From assembly GCA_036172245.1 (NCBI GenBank), contig JAYWIR010000005.1:2480001-2544000 (forward strand): a stretch of 64,000 nt of DNA. Reading direction: 5' to 3'. The notes below the pieces were generated by a model, which did no database searches, had not been told where the DNA came from, and saw nothing but the letters and a program-made list of their open reading frames with translations. Shown piece after piece: positions 10,666 through 22,989 of this stretch. Each line of letters begins with the position of its first letter. Position 1 is the first letter of the stretch. The position numbers were made by a program, and so were the translations under genes. This DNA is from Raillietiella orientalis. Taxonomy: Eukaryota.

Positions 10666-11264
10666 CTGGAAGGACGCGGGGAAGTGTAAGGCCTGAGTGT
10701 GCGAGTTGTGGGGAGCGGGAATCGCTCCCCCACCTACTTCTTGACCCTATGGGAACGGTTCGGGACGACCCTCGGGCTTTCGGTGGGCATCCAACCCAGA
10801 GACGTTTTCCGTCATCTCTTCGTGCGTGAGGTCCTGCAGTCAGCCGCAGCCGTGGCAGCACTCTGCTACATCCGAGGCATCGTGGCGGCCTGAAGCGATG
10901 CACGCGACGGAGGATTGGACGCTATCGAGAGGGATGTCTTCCCGTATGCGGTCTGCTTCATGCGGAGATCTACAGGATGGCCCCAGCTGGGTTCAATGCT
11001 GATGGACCTCGAGGAAATCTGCGAAGGTTGGACCCTCCTCTTAGTGGAATGTGATCCCTTCCCCTTCCTCCAAACTCTTTTTGTTTTTTCTTTGTTTTTA
11101 TTTTATTTTTTGTTTTCTCCCACATTTCCCTCCACTGCCGAGGAGAGTCATGGCGGGCTGCGTATCAGCAGGTCCGATGTTGTTAGGCCGTTAGTGAGGC
11201 CTCGTACCACGTCTTGTAGAGTTTTATTTTTTCAATAAACGCCTTGGTCATACCCGGGTGGAAA

Positions 11265-12770
11265 CCCCAAATCCCGCAGCTAAGCGGTGCAGAGGGAACT
11301 GGTCGCAGAACTCCGGGACCGACCGTTTGAAGCGGTCCCAATCCTGGAGTGTCCGCAGCCTGAAGCTTCGTATGAACGTGCGGAGATGTTCCGCTGCGTC
11401 CGGGAGTTTCAGCCAGTCCCCTGGCAAACGTCACGCTGACGATGGGGGGCTCCTGTCTCGCGAAAGAATCTGGAGCACAATTGGGCGATGGTCGGAAAAC
11501 TCGGACGGTAATTTGCCGCGCATGCCCACAAGAGTGCACAGGTGCTCGTCAAGGAACACGTGATCGATGTTGTCCTCCATCCTTGGATACGCGCTCGATT
11601 TTAACGCGGCATTCCTTCGTAGCATAGCACGGAGATTTCACCTTCGGTTTCGCAACTGTCTGCGAAATTTTCGCGTTTTCCATTGTTTTATTTTTGAGGG
11701 ATTTGATTTTGTTTGGCACCAGCTTTCAGCCATCCTCGTCGATTCCCTGTTCAGGAGTCGCTTCTTGCGATTACGTGCTAGGATGTACGACTGCCTTGTT
11801 AGCTGGTAGCTAATCCTCTGCTTGTTTAGTTCTATTGTTTTCTTCAGCCTTCTCCCCCTTTTTATTTTCCAGGTTTTCTGGCTGTGTAGCGACGTTCTTA
11901 GGGCACACAACGTTAGTGTGGTCCTTTTCGCCGCATGTTCGGCACGTTGCATCCGGACATCTCTTCCGTAGATGCCCGAAAGTCATGCATTTCCCGCAAT
12001 ATTTTTGCTTCTTAACGAACCAGATATCAACGAGCTCATCGTTGACTTCCAGTTTGTGGGGAAGATAGATGTTATCGCGGAGAGTTACTCGCGTGGCCAT
12101 GCGCCCACTAAATGTGCCTCTGAAACTGAAGGCGTTGGGCTTACGTCACATCGCGTAAATCTCCGCGTATTTGTTCAGTTCTGTGAAGATAAATTCTTCG
12201 TCCATCCGCACGGTTGTACCAGTTAGGTGGATCACTATTGAGTGATCCACCGTGTGTGGTAGGAGATTACGTTTCTCGAAAGGCACGGGCGTGCAGAGCA
12301 GTTGATGCGTGAGCGCTGCATCTCTGCAGATGAGCTCCGCAAACTACCCCCCGCTACGCACCGAAAGCCACGTGATCTCCTCATCGGAAATGCCCATCCT
12401 ACGGATGGCATTTCCGAATTTGCAAGCTGTAATTGCAGAATACAAGTTGCCTACCTTATATAGAAGATGTGGATTGTAGCCCTCCTTGATGTAGGCTGAG
12501 AGTTCGGCGGCCACTTCGGGACACGCCGACGCAGCAAACTTGTTTCAAGCCCTCGCCGGAACGGCGGGGGCAGATTTGCTGATGGGGCATGCAGCCACAT
12601 CCACGGGATGGGGAGAAGTGGGTCTCACGTCTCCCGTCGCAGGTTTTGCGGCGTCTTCTGGCATTTCTGCCTTCCAACGGCCGCCTTCCAACACACACTA
12701 ACTACTACTTGGCTTCGGTTTCAGGAGCTCGCCAAAAACGCGTGCGACCACCAGTCCGCTTTAATGCAGT
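11265..12770 (-). mobile_element. Degenerate Tx1/L1-like element E3 (5' end, ORF1, late APE); internal deletion at ~11590
   Basis: Knuckles CGKCMTFGHLRKRC and CRTCGEKDHTNVVC. IDHVFLD...SDH follows directly after the ORF1 tail. Confidence 0.85.
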
Positions 12771-15751
12771 GTCTTTTTTTTAATTAGTGATTAGTCTTCT
12801 GCACTTCTGTTTGCTTTCGAAGAATATCTGGCTTAATTTTTCGAGTTAAAGCAGCTGAAAAAAAAAAAAGTGAACAAAATTAATGAGGGTAGATTAATAA
12901 ATGGAACTATAGACAGGCATCTTTGATATCAACGTTAGATGAATTCATATTCTGGCAACGTCATTTTGCTGTGAAATTTTTTATTAGCGTTAACAATATT
13001 ACATTTATTTATTGAGCTTTCAATAGAATTACTGATTACATCTCTCGATCTAATTAGTTCACACATGGTCACTCAGATTGGCTACCTCGAAAATTTACAT
13101 ACTAAGTTTAGTAAGGAAGCTTTTCAAGGCTAAGGAAAGCTTTACTCAAACACTCACGCTGAAAACTCGAAATAAAATAAGGATTTTTTTTTATATAACA
13201 AGCTATTGAAAATCCTAATGGTTAACCATTAAAATTGTAGAATGCAACAAGAAGTAACTGTTTTGATAATAGAAATGATTTTCGCTAACAATTTTTACAT
13301 TAAAAGAACTCTTTGGTCTTTTTTTGAAATTATAGATATAGAGCTGGAAGACATTTTCATTGAAATAAATGCCAATAGTGTGATTTCTACTTACGTCCTC
13401 TTGAAAGAAGATACTTATCGGGTGTATTTGATTTAAATCGGGTGTCACTTTTGCGTTTCTTGAGTGTTCTTATGCATCAGAGCACAGAGAACACGAAAGC
13501 ATGTGGCATTCTGTTTTGTTCTCATTTCGTTCTAAAATGATTTTGCGTAACGATTACTGTATTTTCATTTTCTAAACCTTTTTCACCGATTTATAGAATC
13601 GATCAAAGTGCATTGGGGATAATAAAAGTTTATTCGTTTATCGGTTGTTTTCACCGCAAATGAAAATTTTTCTTTTAGCTAAACGATCAATTTTAATTCT
13701 AAAGTGCTTTACTTTGGAGTATCAGCTTAAAATGCCCAAATATTAAGCAAATGAAGCTCAGAGTGGAGTTCAATAGCTATTAGAAAAGGAAGTCAAAAGA
13801 TGGTTAAAAACTGATGTAGCATTCCAAAATGAAGAGAGAATAGATACCAAATTGATATGAACCTAGGAAACTAGAATCACTCTTTATGCAAAGAATTTGG
13901 CACCATGATACATACGACTAATTAGAAACAAGTTCAAGAAGTTAGCAAATTATAAAAAATTATGAGGAGGTGCTTTATGGTACAATTAGACTTAAGACCA
14001 ACTGATTTGATCCTGGAAACTAGACAGTAATCCACAAGCAACACTCTCTTTGTGTACATTTCACAATTTTGCTGTGTGTATTAAAATGATGTCTTTTAAA
14101 GATAGTTCTTCACATGGAGAAATTGGGTAATGCGTTCCATCGCTTTGACAGAACAGAAACTTGGTGGTTCTTGCAAAGAGGCCTCAGAAGGAGTTTATTG
14201 GTTGAAAGCATAGGATAGAAAGAAACGGAAGATCAAAAGGGATTAAACCCACTGATGTTCTGTATTTGCATTCTATCTAGTGGTGAGTATTTATGCATTT
14301 CCTCTGTAATTTTTGCTACGTACAGGTAGCAAACAGAAAACTTTACTGTCAAGAAATTCAGTAATTTCCAAGAAGTTCGATTCAATAGTTCCACCTATGC
14401 TTGAAATGCAACAGTTCTCCTCGAATATCTTCAGAGCAATAAAAATAGTCGAATGCTCTTTTTATTGTCCTGAGCATACTCGGAGCTGTCTACATGGTCT
14501 GTTTTAGAGCTTTCCAAAATATTGAATCTCTCAGGATAAGCCTCACTTTTCAGTTGGCTGAAATAAAAATATCGAAATCAAATGTGCAATGAGGTCTAAT
14601 CGAATGAATCATTTCTTCTATTGATCAACAAACACTTTTCAGTACAATGAATAAATGTGTTTAGAAGTTTTCGGTTCTTCAGAAGAGACAGCATTAAGTT
14701 TATTTACAATAACAAGCATGTTTCCTTATGTAAGCCTTGATAAGTAGGGGTTTCCAATGCTTAGCTACTAGAAACCAAGCCTGTGGGATCTGTTTTTTTT
14801 TTTTTATTTTTACGGAAACTTATTTACTTTCAAGAAATAACTAGAGTTTTACGGCTATTTTGATAACTGCCTTGATAACTCAAATAACAGACTCAGTACA
14901 CTAAAGCCTGTAGAAATCTTAAATATGATGTGACTGCAAGTGTTTGTGTGGACGTACTAGGTAGCACCTAATGCATCTGAATAAGGTAGAAAACGAGCTC
15001 GTCTTTCAAGTTAAAAAGCATTCAGGATTCAGGTTAGATAATGCTGTTTTTTGTAGCAAATATAGCATTCTAAATCTAATTTCCTTGTCTACATGTGTGG
15101 GTGTTTAGGATTTATGACAAAAACTTTTACAGCTGTTGTGTATGTTGAACATCATTATTTTGCTTGAATATTTTCTCCTGATGTTCATGTAGGCAGTTAA
15201 TTCGGCGTGCATCTTCATAGACACGTTCTCTTCTCGCGAATAAGTTCTGAGTGGCTGTTCTTCGAGTAGTTTCCACTATATATGCTGTTTCTTTGTCTGT
15301 ACAAATTGCTGAGTCAGTTTACACCATGTCCTATCACATGAGCTTTTAGTAAAGCCAAACCACATTATTTATGCATAAATTAAGAAATCTTGTGATTTCG
15401 TGATATACGAAATGAATACAAAGGAGCTGATTTGAAGTATTATATTCAAGGATTTTCAACGACAGTAGGTGCTAGAAATCGGTCGCATTCAGGAAAAGCT
15501 GATTGCTTTCATAATATGAGTACATAAAGCTTTTGGCAGCATACGCATTTTTGATTTGCATAAACGCATCAATGCAAATCAGAATTTCTTGCAAGCATTT
15601 TGTGTTTCCATCGCTCCAGAGAAGTGGGAAATCTCATAGTGGAAGAAACCTTGAGGGTTCCTTTACATCTTCCCTTACATTCATTATCCTTTTTCATTCG
15701 TTTCATATCTTGCAAAAAATATTGTTAATACAATTTCTCTAGCATGGCATT

Positions 15752-16831
15752 CTAAAAGTCGTCGTCTTTTTTCTTTGGAGAGCAAATGGATTCCATGTTG
15801 TTAGAGAATTTGGATTTTCTGCAATCACCGATGTCCAGTTCGTCAGAAAACTTCTTAGCCATGCTGCTGTTACATTGCGTGGAAAAGTGGCATTGGGAAT
15901 CCAAGTGAGCACGTGTACATGACGTGTTTGCACAAGAGAAGGTGAGCGGTTCTTGCAGGCATCTTTGAATTTCCTTAAGGCGTTCCGAAAGTGCTAATTT
16001 CGTTTCTGAATCACTAGAACATGCACTTTTCTTGCATAAATGTATTAGGAATTTGCTTTCTTCTTGGAGGCAACAGAGGATTTGTTCGATTCTTCTATCC
16101 TTTTTGCAGCGTTCTTCATTGAAAGCTTTAAAGCAGTGTTCATTCTTCTCCCTTTCTTCGCACAAAGTGTTGTTCAGGCGTTTAATCATCTGCTCAGCGC
16201 TGCATAAAGTTCCCCGGCACTCTTCCAAAGATCTGATTGCATTGGATTTTTCTAGCTCCAGCTTTTCCGTTAGGTGCTTATGTTTGTTGGCATCCAATTC
16301 TATTTCCTGGCATTTTTTCTGGATGCCTTCGTTGTACTCGACAGCAGCTTTAAGTTCGTTAATCATGTTTTCTTTCAGTTTGATCTGCTGATTAAGGCAC
16401 TCAAACCGTGACGTGATCTCCGAGCAGTCCTTCATGACCCTTAGATTTATGTTCCTCGACTGCTCCAGCTCGTTGAGAAGTTGACACACGACCTTTTCGG
16501 GTGTGACCTCTTTTTCTCCGTATTGGCTCACTATGTGTTGAGTCTGAGGCATTATCACGCTTTTTCTCATCTTTTCTAAATCTTCTTTTGCAAACTGCAA
16601 TTGCTGCTGCAGAGCTCCTTGGGAGCACTCCTCGTGTTTCTGTCCTCCTGGAGTATCTTTCGACTTCAGGGCTTTGATTTGATTCGCGATCTTTGTGAGT
16701 TCACCGTCCAAACCTTCCGTGATGCTGCTTATAATGGAGTCGTATCGTTTGTCGGAACTCTGCTGGGAAAACTGGAACTCCCTTTTGGTTCTGTCATACT
16801 CATCAAGCATTTGATTCAGTCTCTCTTCCTT
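15752..16831 (-). CDS. Host gene terminal exon, uncharacterised Cys-containing coiled-coil protein
   Basis: 360 uninterrupted codons with E/K/Q/L heptad-like composition in AT-rich DNA. Upstream 3' splice site: branch GCTAAC (16851-16856), pyrimidine tract, AG at 16832-16833, in frame with the ORF. Confidence 0.75.
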   Translation of the reverse strand, partial: KEERLNQMLDEYDRTKREFQFSQQSSDKRYDSIISSITEGLDGELTKIANQIKALKSKDTPGGQKHEECSQGALQQQLQFAKEDLEKMRKSVIMPQTQHIVSQYGEKEVTPEKVVCQLLNELEQSRNINLRVMKDCSEITSRFECLNQQIKLKENMINELKAAVEYNEGIQKKCQEIELDANKHKHLTEKLELEKSNAIRSLEECRGTLCSAEQMIKRLNNTLCEEREKNEHCFKAFNEERCKKDRRIEQILCCLQEESKFLIHLCKKSACSSDSETKLALSERLKEIQRCLQEPLTFSCANTSCTRAHLDSQCHFSTQCNSSMAKKFSDELDIGDCRKSKFSNNMESICSPKKKDDDF

Positions 16832-19800
16832 CTACGAAATGAACGAAAAAGTTAGCAAGAACTGTAATGATACTGAACGTTGGAGTTGAATCATAATAAA
16901 ATTGATTTCATCTTGCTGGAGACGGAAACAAGGAACCATACAAGTTTTCATGAGCTGAACTCGCACGTGCATTCGCGCCATTCAGCTGCACTATTCAGAT
17001 TACTTACTCAACCCATTTACCCAGTGAAAACGCCAGATACCTACTGACTATCCAATGCTGTGGAAAGTTTTCCTTGAAAAATGTGCCCCTCCACTGTGAT
17101 TTCACATTCTGCATTATGGTTTCTAGTCAAGTAACTTACCTTTACTGTGAGGTAATGAGGCAAATGAGGCAAATGTCATCGCGTGTCATTTGAACTGTAG
17201 GCACCGAATTCAAAATTAATTAATCGATTGCTTATTTGCATTTGTCTACGTTTATGAGTTGACGAACAGGGTTACGAATACTTCGCATGAAAGCTGTATA
17301 TCATTTATTAGCAACATCATTTTCACAGTTCTTCCATTATAATTGCCATTAGTGTTGGCTTTCTGCTATCATTTCTTTGGCATAGTACCTCAAAGAAACT
17401 GCTGAATATTTTCAGTAATAACGAGCATTTGTTCTCACATATCAATACCAATGATAATTAGGAAAATTTGTCTGTAATTGTCATAAACTATGCACATTTT
17501 AAAAAATAATTGTTCATTATCTTCATATTTGTTCATTCGAGGATGTGGAGGTCTTTTCTGCCATAGTGTATCTGCCATAATGCAAATAGCAGAGAATTAT
17601 AATGTCTTATTGGTGGAAGTCCTTGAGTAGGAAATTCATAAGCAAATAGAGTATTCTACTTTTTAACTTATTTTTAATTAAATAACTGACTCACTAAGAA
17701 ATTACAAGGATTTGTATGATCATGCTGTTGTTGCCATTTGAAACATCGATTTATAGAATTGATCAAAGTGCATTATCGGTTATCGGTTGTTTTCATGTGC
17801 TAACATAGTGGAATAATTAGCACATTTAAAGAACATGATTCCTCTAATATGTTACCAGTTATACGGACTTTTGGCTTTTCACATGAATTTGGTTTTCTTA
17901 CTTGGTGAGCTAAAGAGTGACGGAAACGAAAGTAACACATTAATAAAACCTGTTGAATGACTGAGCCAAAAAAAATCAAAGCATTCTTTACATTAATTCT
18001 TAAGATTCTTCTGAATTAATTGGTTTGGGATCCAGGACTCTGATACAGAATCACCAGCAATTACCATGTCCTAATAGAAAAGCATGTTGTCGTAAACAAG
18101 AGCTTAGTTTTACCGACATTTTTAAATGTGTTCTGTTTTTTAATAATGAATAAGAAACAGCTTACCATTCTCCTCTTGTATTTTTCTATGGAATGGTACC
18201 AGAGGAATAAAATAGTGAAGATAACTGCCGTGAAGCACAAAGTAGAGAAGCTGATTCCATTTCCGAAACTAAATGATGTTTCTTTATTTACTTTGGGCGC
18301 CATTACTTTTGGACGTTTTAATTTCTCTAAAGAATGTACAGAAGAAGAATTCAGAGAGGAACGTTTTCAAAAACAAAATATAGGAAGGGCTGAGAGGAGA
18401 AAAGAAAAAAAACAAATTTCAGACTTTAATAACTATAGTAACATGATTGTCAGTAAGAACTCCTACCACTGCCCATTCAGAACTTCAAAAGACAATCTGT
18501 CATCTCAATAACATACTGAAATCTTTTCTCAGTTATGTGCATCCAGACATGTAAATACATTTTTGAAAATACATGTTTGTGTGACATGAACAGCATTTTA
18601 ACATTTTCTCACTATTATTCCGAAATTTTTCGTATCAATTACAAACAGTTGTACTGATGATAAAGTCTCTTCTCTGAATCCGAATTTCCTATTTTTTGAT
18701 GGGAAGAGGCGCTGGAGCCGACCCATGGAATCCGCTGCATGTCCTGCTCAGCGAAGGCTCGAAAGCGCTCTTCTGGTCAGGTTTCCATAAACAAGGGATG
18801 TACTGTGGTCAAGAATGGCCAACGAACGCAAAATGTCGCGCGAAATCCAGAGGTTAGCAGCAGCTTCAGTTCTCCTCAACAGCCTAAAACAGAATGGCAT
18901 CGTGACGGGTGATGCTGGCATGCAGCGGAATGATTCGACATCTCCACTCATCCGACGAAGTTACATTTCTGAGAACGAACCCTGTGGATCTGGGGCCAGA
19001 GGATTACACAGTCAGGCAACAGACGCTACGTTTAATGGAGTGCTTGGAACATCCAGCATGCAAGAGACATAGACTGGCTACATCGGTTGGGCTAGCGGTA
19101 AGCAATCCCTGGAAGAGGAGAAGAGTAGGATGATTCTGAAATGGGGATTTCCCATCCTCATGGATTCCACCGTCCATTTAGTATTTCTTCTGACAGCTTA
19201 ATCGTGAATAAAATTGCTTATTCTTCTCATTGAGATCACCGTCCCAAGTCAAGAGGGTCTGTCCCTTTCTCTCGAAAGCCGTGGATTCGGATAACAACAG
19301 GCTGGAATGATCTCATAAGAGATGAAGGGCACATTCTTAGTGCGCGGTGCACTAAAATTAAGATAGTCCATTCTAGGTTGTTCTATTCAAGTGTCATTTA
19401 GGCTTCTTATGGAACAAAACACTTGTTCAGTGTCAGTGGCTTCAACCTTTTCCATCCTCCAGCTTTCCTTAGAAGCATTCTGAGCTCAGAAATGCTCGTT
19501 CCGTTCTCTTACTTCATCTCAACCATTTTACTTCTTTGCGGTCGTAACAAACAAAGACTTCCTTACTTGAGAGGGAATTATTTAGAACTACTGCAAGAAG
19601 CATCGCCTCTGAAAGAGTTTGAGATCTGTTTCGTAGAAGCAGTCGGTGGAATGAAGCTTACATCATTTAACACGAATCGTTGAATCTGTTCTGTGGATCC
19701 ATTCCTGCCACAAAGGTGTCTTCAAGGAATGGATTAGCGGCTAATTGCTCCGAACCACGTAACCTCGCTTCTAATTCTCCTGATTCTCATGAGTTTGTCT

Positions 19801-22469
19801 TCCGAGATCGCATCCCATTCTCTTTGCAATCTAGAGAGCGTACCACCAATTCTTGTTTCAGCCATGATCGATTGGGTGTCTTGGAAATCCGGTTCAACTG
19901 CTTTGAGATTACTTAGACTTCAGTCGTTTGCTAGTCACTGTCGAAGTCAGTCTTGGGTTGGTGGTTTCTCACGTGCGCTCGTCTGGAGCAATTTGCGTCA
20001 ACGCTATCTCATTTTCTTTAATTGCCGCGGCTGCTGTGAAGTCGTTAGAAACCACAGTCAGCTGTAGTTGCCTGCATCTGGCTGAGTTCATCTACGTCGA
20101 CTCCTACATGCTCTCTAAGATGGAAAAGTTTAGGATGTGCTTTCCATAGGCTACCTGAACCATCAAACGACGGAAATAACTACAGAAGAAGAACTATCTG
20201 GGGAGAGCTTTGATACTCCCCAAAGTGGCTTAGTTTCCGGTGCATCTTGCAGCAAAACTGAGAACAAGAAAACAGAAATCAGACCACGAGAACAGCAATA
20301 TTTTCGTTGGATATGTAAGCTAATGAAAGTATTGCTTAATCGGCGCGAACTATAACATACGTTTAAGAAGAGAACAAGCAAATATAGGAAGAGGGATTTT
20401 AGGATTTTCTCTGCCAATCTCTTTTTCTCTTCCCTCTCATTGTTCTTAAGAGGTTTGCACATTACCGGAGATACCCAGTGTGTGTTTCCTTAGAACACTG
20501 CACATCTGGGTGTGAATGCATTCCATCTGCCCATTGAAAATTACCGTTCCTCCCAGTATTTCATGATTGGCTAAGTTCCAGGATTACGGAGATCCTGCTG
20601 TTAATCCCCTTCCTGTGGCAGGCGCTCCTTTGGAAAAGCGAAGGGCCTATTCTAGATGTTTATTCTCCTTTCTACGTCTCGCCTCTTCCAGTGCTATTGA
20701 GAAGTACTCACATGAAGCAAGAGACATCCAAGAGTTTTCCTTCGTTCTGAGTGGGGTGCTGCAGAATGCAATACCCCATCTGGCCATAGCCTTGAATCAG
20801 TTTAAGCAATTTTCTGATTGGTGGTCACCAACTCCCACTGCTTCCATATGTGGTCCTTGATTTGGGTTACCAATTCTTTGGACCTTTATCAAGCAATAGT
20901 TGTTCCGTATATCCTTTCAGAAGGCCATCTAGCAGTGCTTGTGCTGCTTCTAGAAGCAAAGTTTTTGACTCCATATTCTCAGGATTGGGATGAGACTTGG
21001 AGCTCTTCATGTCACAGTGCATTTTTCCTGGTTTCTGCTTCACCATTTAAGTGTTACATATGTTGAATCTCTGTGTGGCCATAGAGACTAAGCGAATTGC
21101 CTCAATCTCTTCTAAGTTCACTATCCCTTGATACTGCTCCTCACGGTTGCCATCTGCTCCATGGACAGTATCTAGTACGGCATACAATGCTTTCCTTAAA
21201 GAAGGGCTCGATCCCCGATGTCGAGAACTGATGGAAATGAATGTCTCATTTTCCTGTATGTCGGTTTTCATCGTGCCTGAGTCCTTGCTCTCTATTTTGA
21301 TAACACTTGCATTGGGATTGCTTTCCGAGTTCATATCGACTGCGGCTAAGTATGCGCTTACTGATCGTTGTGGAATAGGAGAATCCTTTCCCTCTAGGAA
21401 TCCTGATTTTACCGTGTTTCCCCTGCGTCTGTGCCCCTTCACTTGCCAGTGCGTATGGTCCATCACCGTCTTTTAATCGACATATCACATTTTGCATTGA
21501 TATTCTAAAGTGGATTCCGACACCGGTAGGCGTCTGAACAACTCGAGTCACTCATATGATTAGCGCACGTCCTGTGTTGTGGAAATTTTGAAAATGAATT
21601 AAAATATTCTTTGCTGTTGAATTTTCTGGATACGGTAGTACGAGATCCATTGTAAAGGACGTTGCGAAAAGTGGTGAAAAAAATCGATCGCAAGCATCGG
21701 CATGTGATGGAGATTTGGAGGAATGCATGTCTAGAGAGCGCCATGCGAGGTAAACAGAATCATAGAAGGTATATTTCTTTGCACAGTGAGGAGATGAGAG
21801 TCCACAAAAATGGAATAAGAAAGACTTTTGTGAAAGAAATGTCCTAAACAACATGGGGCGACTTTACGATCCATACGCACACGAAGAAGAAAATCACTCG
21901 AGTCTGCAGACAGCTCAATGCAAAACACCTCTTTGCTGCAGAGCGCTCAGATCAAGGGAAGAACATGCCTTGTCTTAGACCAACATCAGTCATCCCAGTT
22001 ATCGTCTGTACAACGACAAACATCTGAGGTCCTCAGACTGCACATTTATCCATGAAGTGACTACTGTAGCTTCGGCAAATACGGATACCATGCACCAAGA
22101 ATGGAAGAGATTGTCCATGCGGAAGATGTAAGTGGTGGAAGCAATTCCTAAGACACATTCTCAACAGATGTATAATAACGGAAAGGCATGAAATATTCGT
22201 TACCGCAAATCAAAAAACACGTAATGAAATAGTGTCCATGCTGAAAAACTGTATAAAGTACCTATCGGTATTTTCAAAGGATTCTTAATGATCCTTCATA
22301 CAGTTTATTATTCTGCTCATTGAGATGTCTCATCAGAACTCAGATATCTGCATTTTATGGGATTTGCACTCCACTCACTGAGTCTCGGGCGCTGATGCTT
22401 TGCTGTGACCTCACTTTCTCTTTGCTCTGTGTTCCTGCACTGCCTTCCACATCTGCAGAATCAACAAAG

Positions 22470-22960
22470 GAATTTGAAGATCAGCCCTGAGACCCCGGTG
22501 GAAAAAGCTAAGGTCGAGCATAACGGTCAGGAACCTGGATGGCAGATGGTCGAGTCAAAGAGGCTGAAAAAGCAAGAAAAAAGAAAAACAGATCGCAAAA
22601 CGCATCAAGAAACAGAAGCGTCGAGAACAAATAAAAAGCTGCACTGTAGTACTCGAACGCATTCCTGCGGTCGAACAGTGCGGCAAATCCGAAGTCGTCG
22701 CTACCGACTCTCAACCTTCCGCAAATGTCAGTGCAGAGGCTAACGACTCGGCGGTGGCGTCCGTCATCGAAAGCATGCTCCATGACGTCCCTTTCGAGAA
22801 AGTGGTGGAGGAGCACGCTGCAACGAACTCGAAAGGCCGCCAAAAAAGTATTAAGGTGCTCTACCTCTATTAAAAGTCGGAAATTTCCAACTCCGACGCG
22901 GAGGCGGAAAACAGTCTTCAAAATCGCAGCTGTGCGAATCTGCACCGCGAGTCAAGCTTC
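22470..22960 (+). mobile_element. ORF1 C-terminal fragment of a Tx1-like element (E4-like)
   Basis: EHNGQEPGWQMV and IKSCTVVLERIP, homologous to 34629-35072. Confidence 0.8.
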
Positions 22961-22989
22961 TTCCGGCGAAATTATAAATTCTAACTTGT

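Larger units (their letters stand above)
1..11264 (+). mobile_element. Tx1/L1-like non-LTR retrotransposon B1, interrupted (pieces 1-701, 6252-~8010, ~10670-11264)
   Basis: ORF1 tail and APE start (CWNVNG, LQEIH) at 200-660. The frame resumes after E1 (LRGVTLRN|LQDWDLFKESVREFC). RT motifs at 6684-7835 (DLHKAFD, QGDSLSP, YADG). C-terminal Zn finger CASCGERESLPHL at ~10700, then T-rich 3'UTR and AATAAA end. Assigning the 3' piece to the same copy is an inference. Confidence 0.85.

Noticed and set aside
17134..17200. Upstream coding exon for the host gene at the strong minus-strand donor AAG|GTAAGT (~17140)
   Set aside because: The phase-0 frame has a stop 13 codons upstream. It could be a UTR exon, but this cannot be supported.
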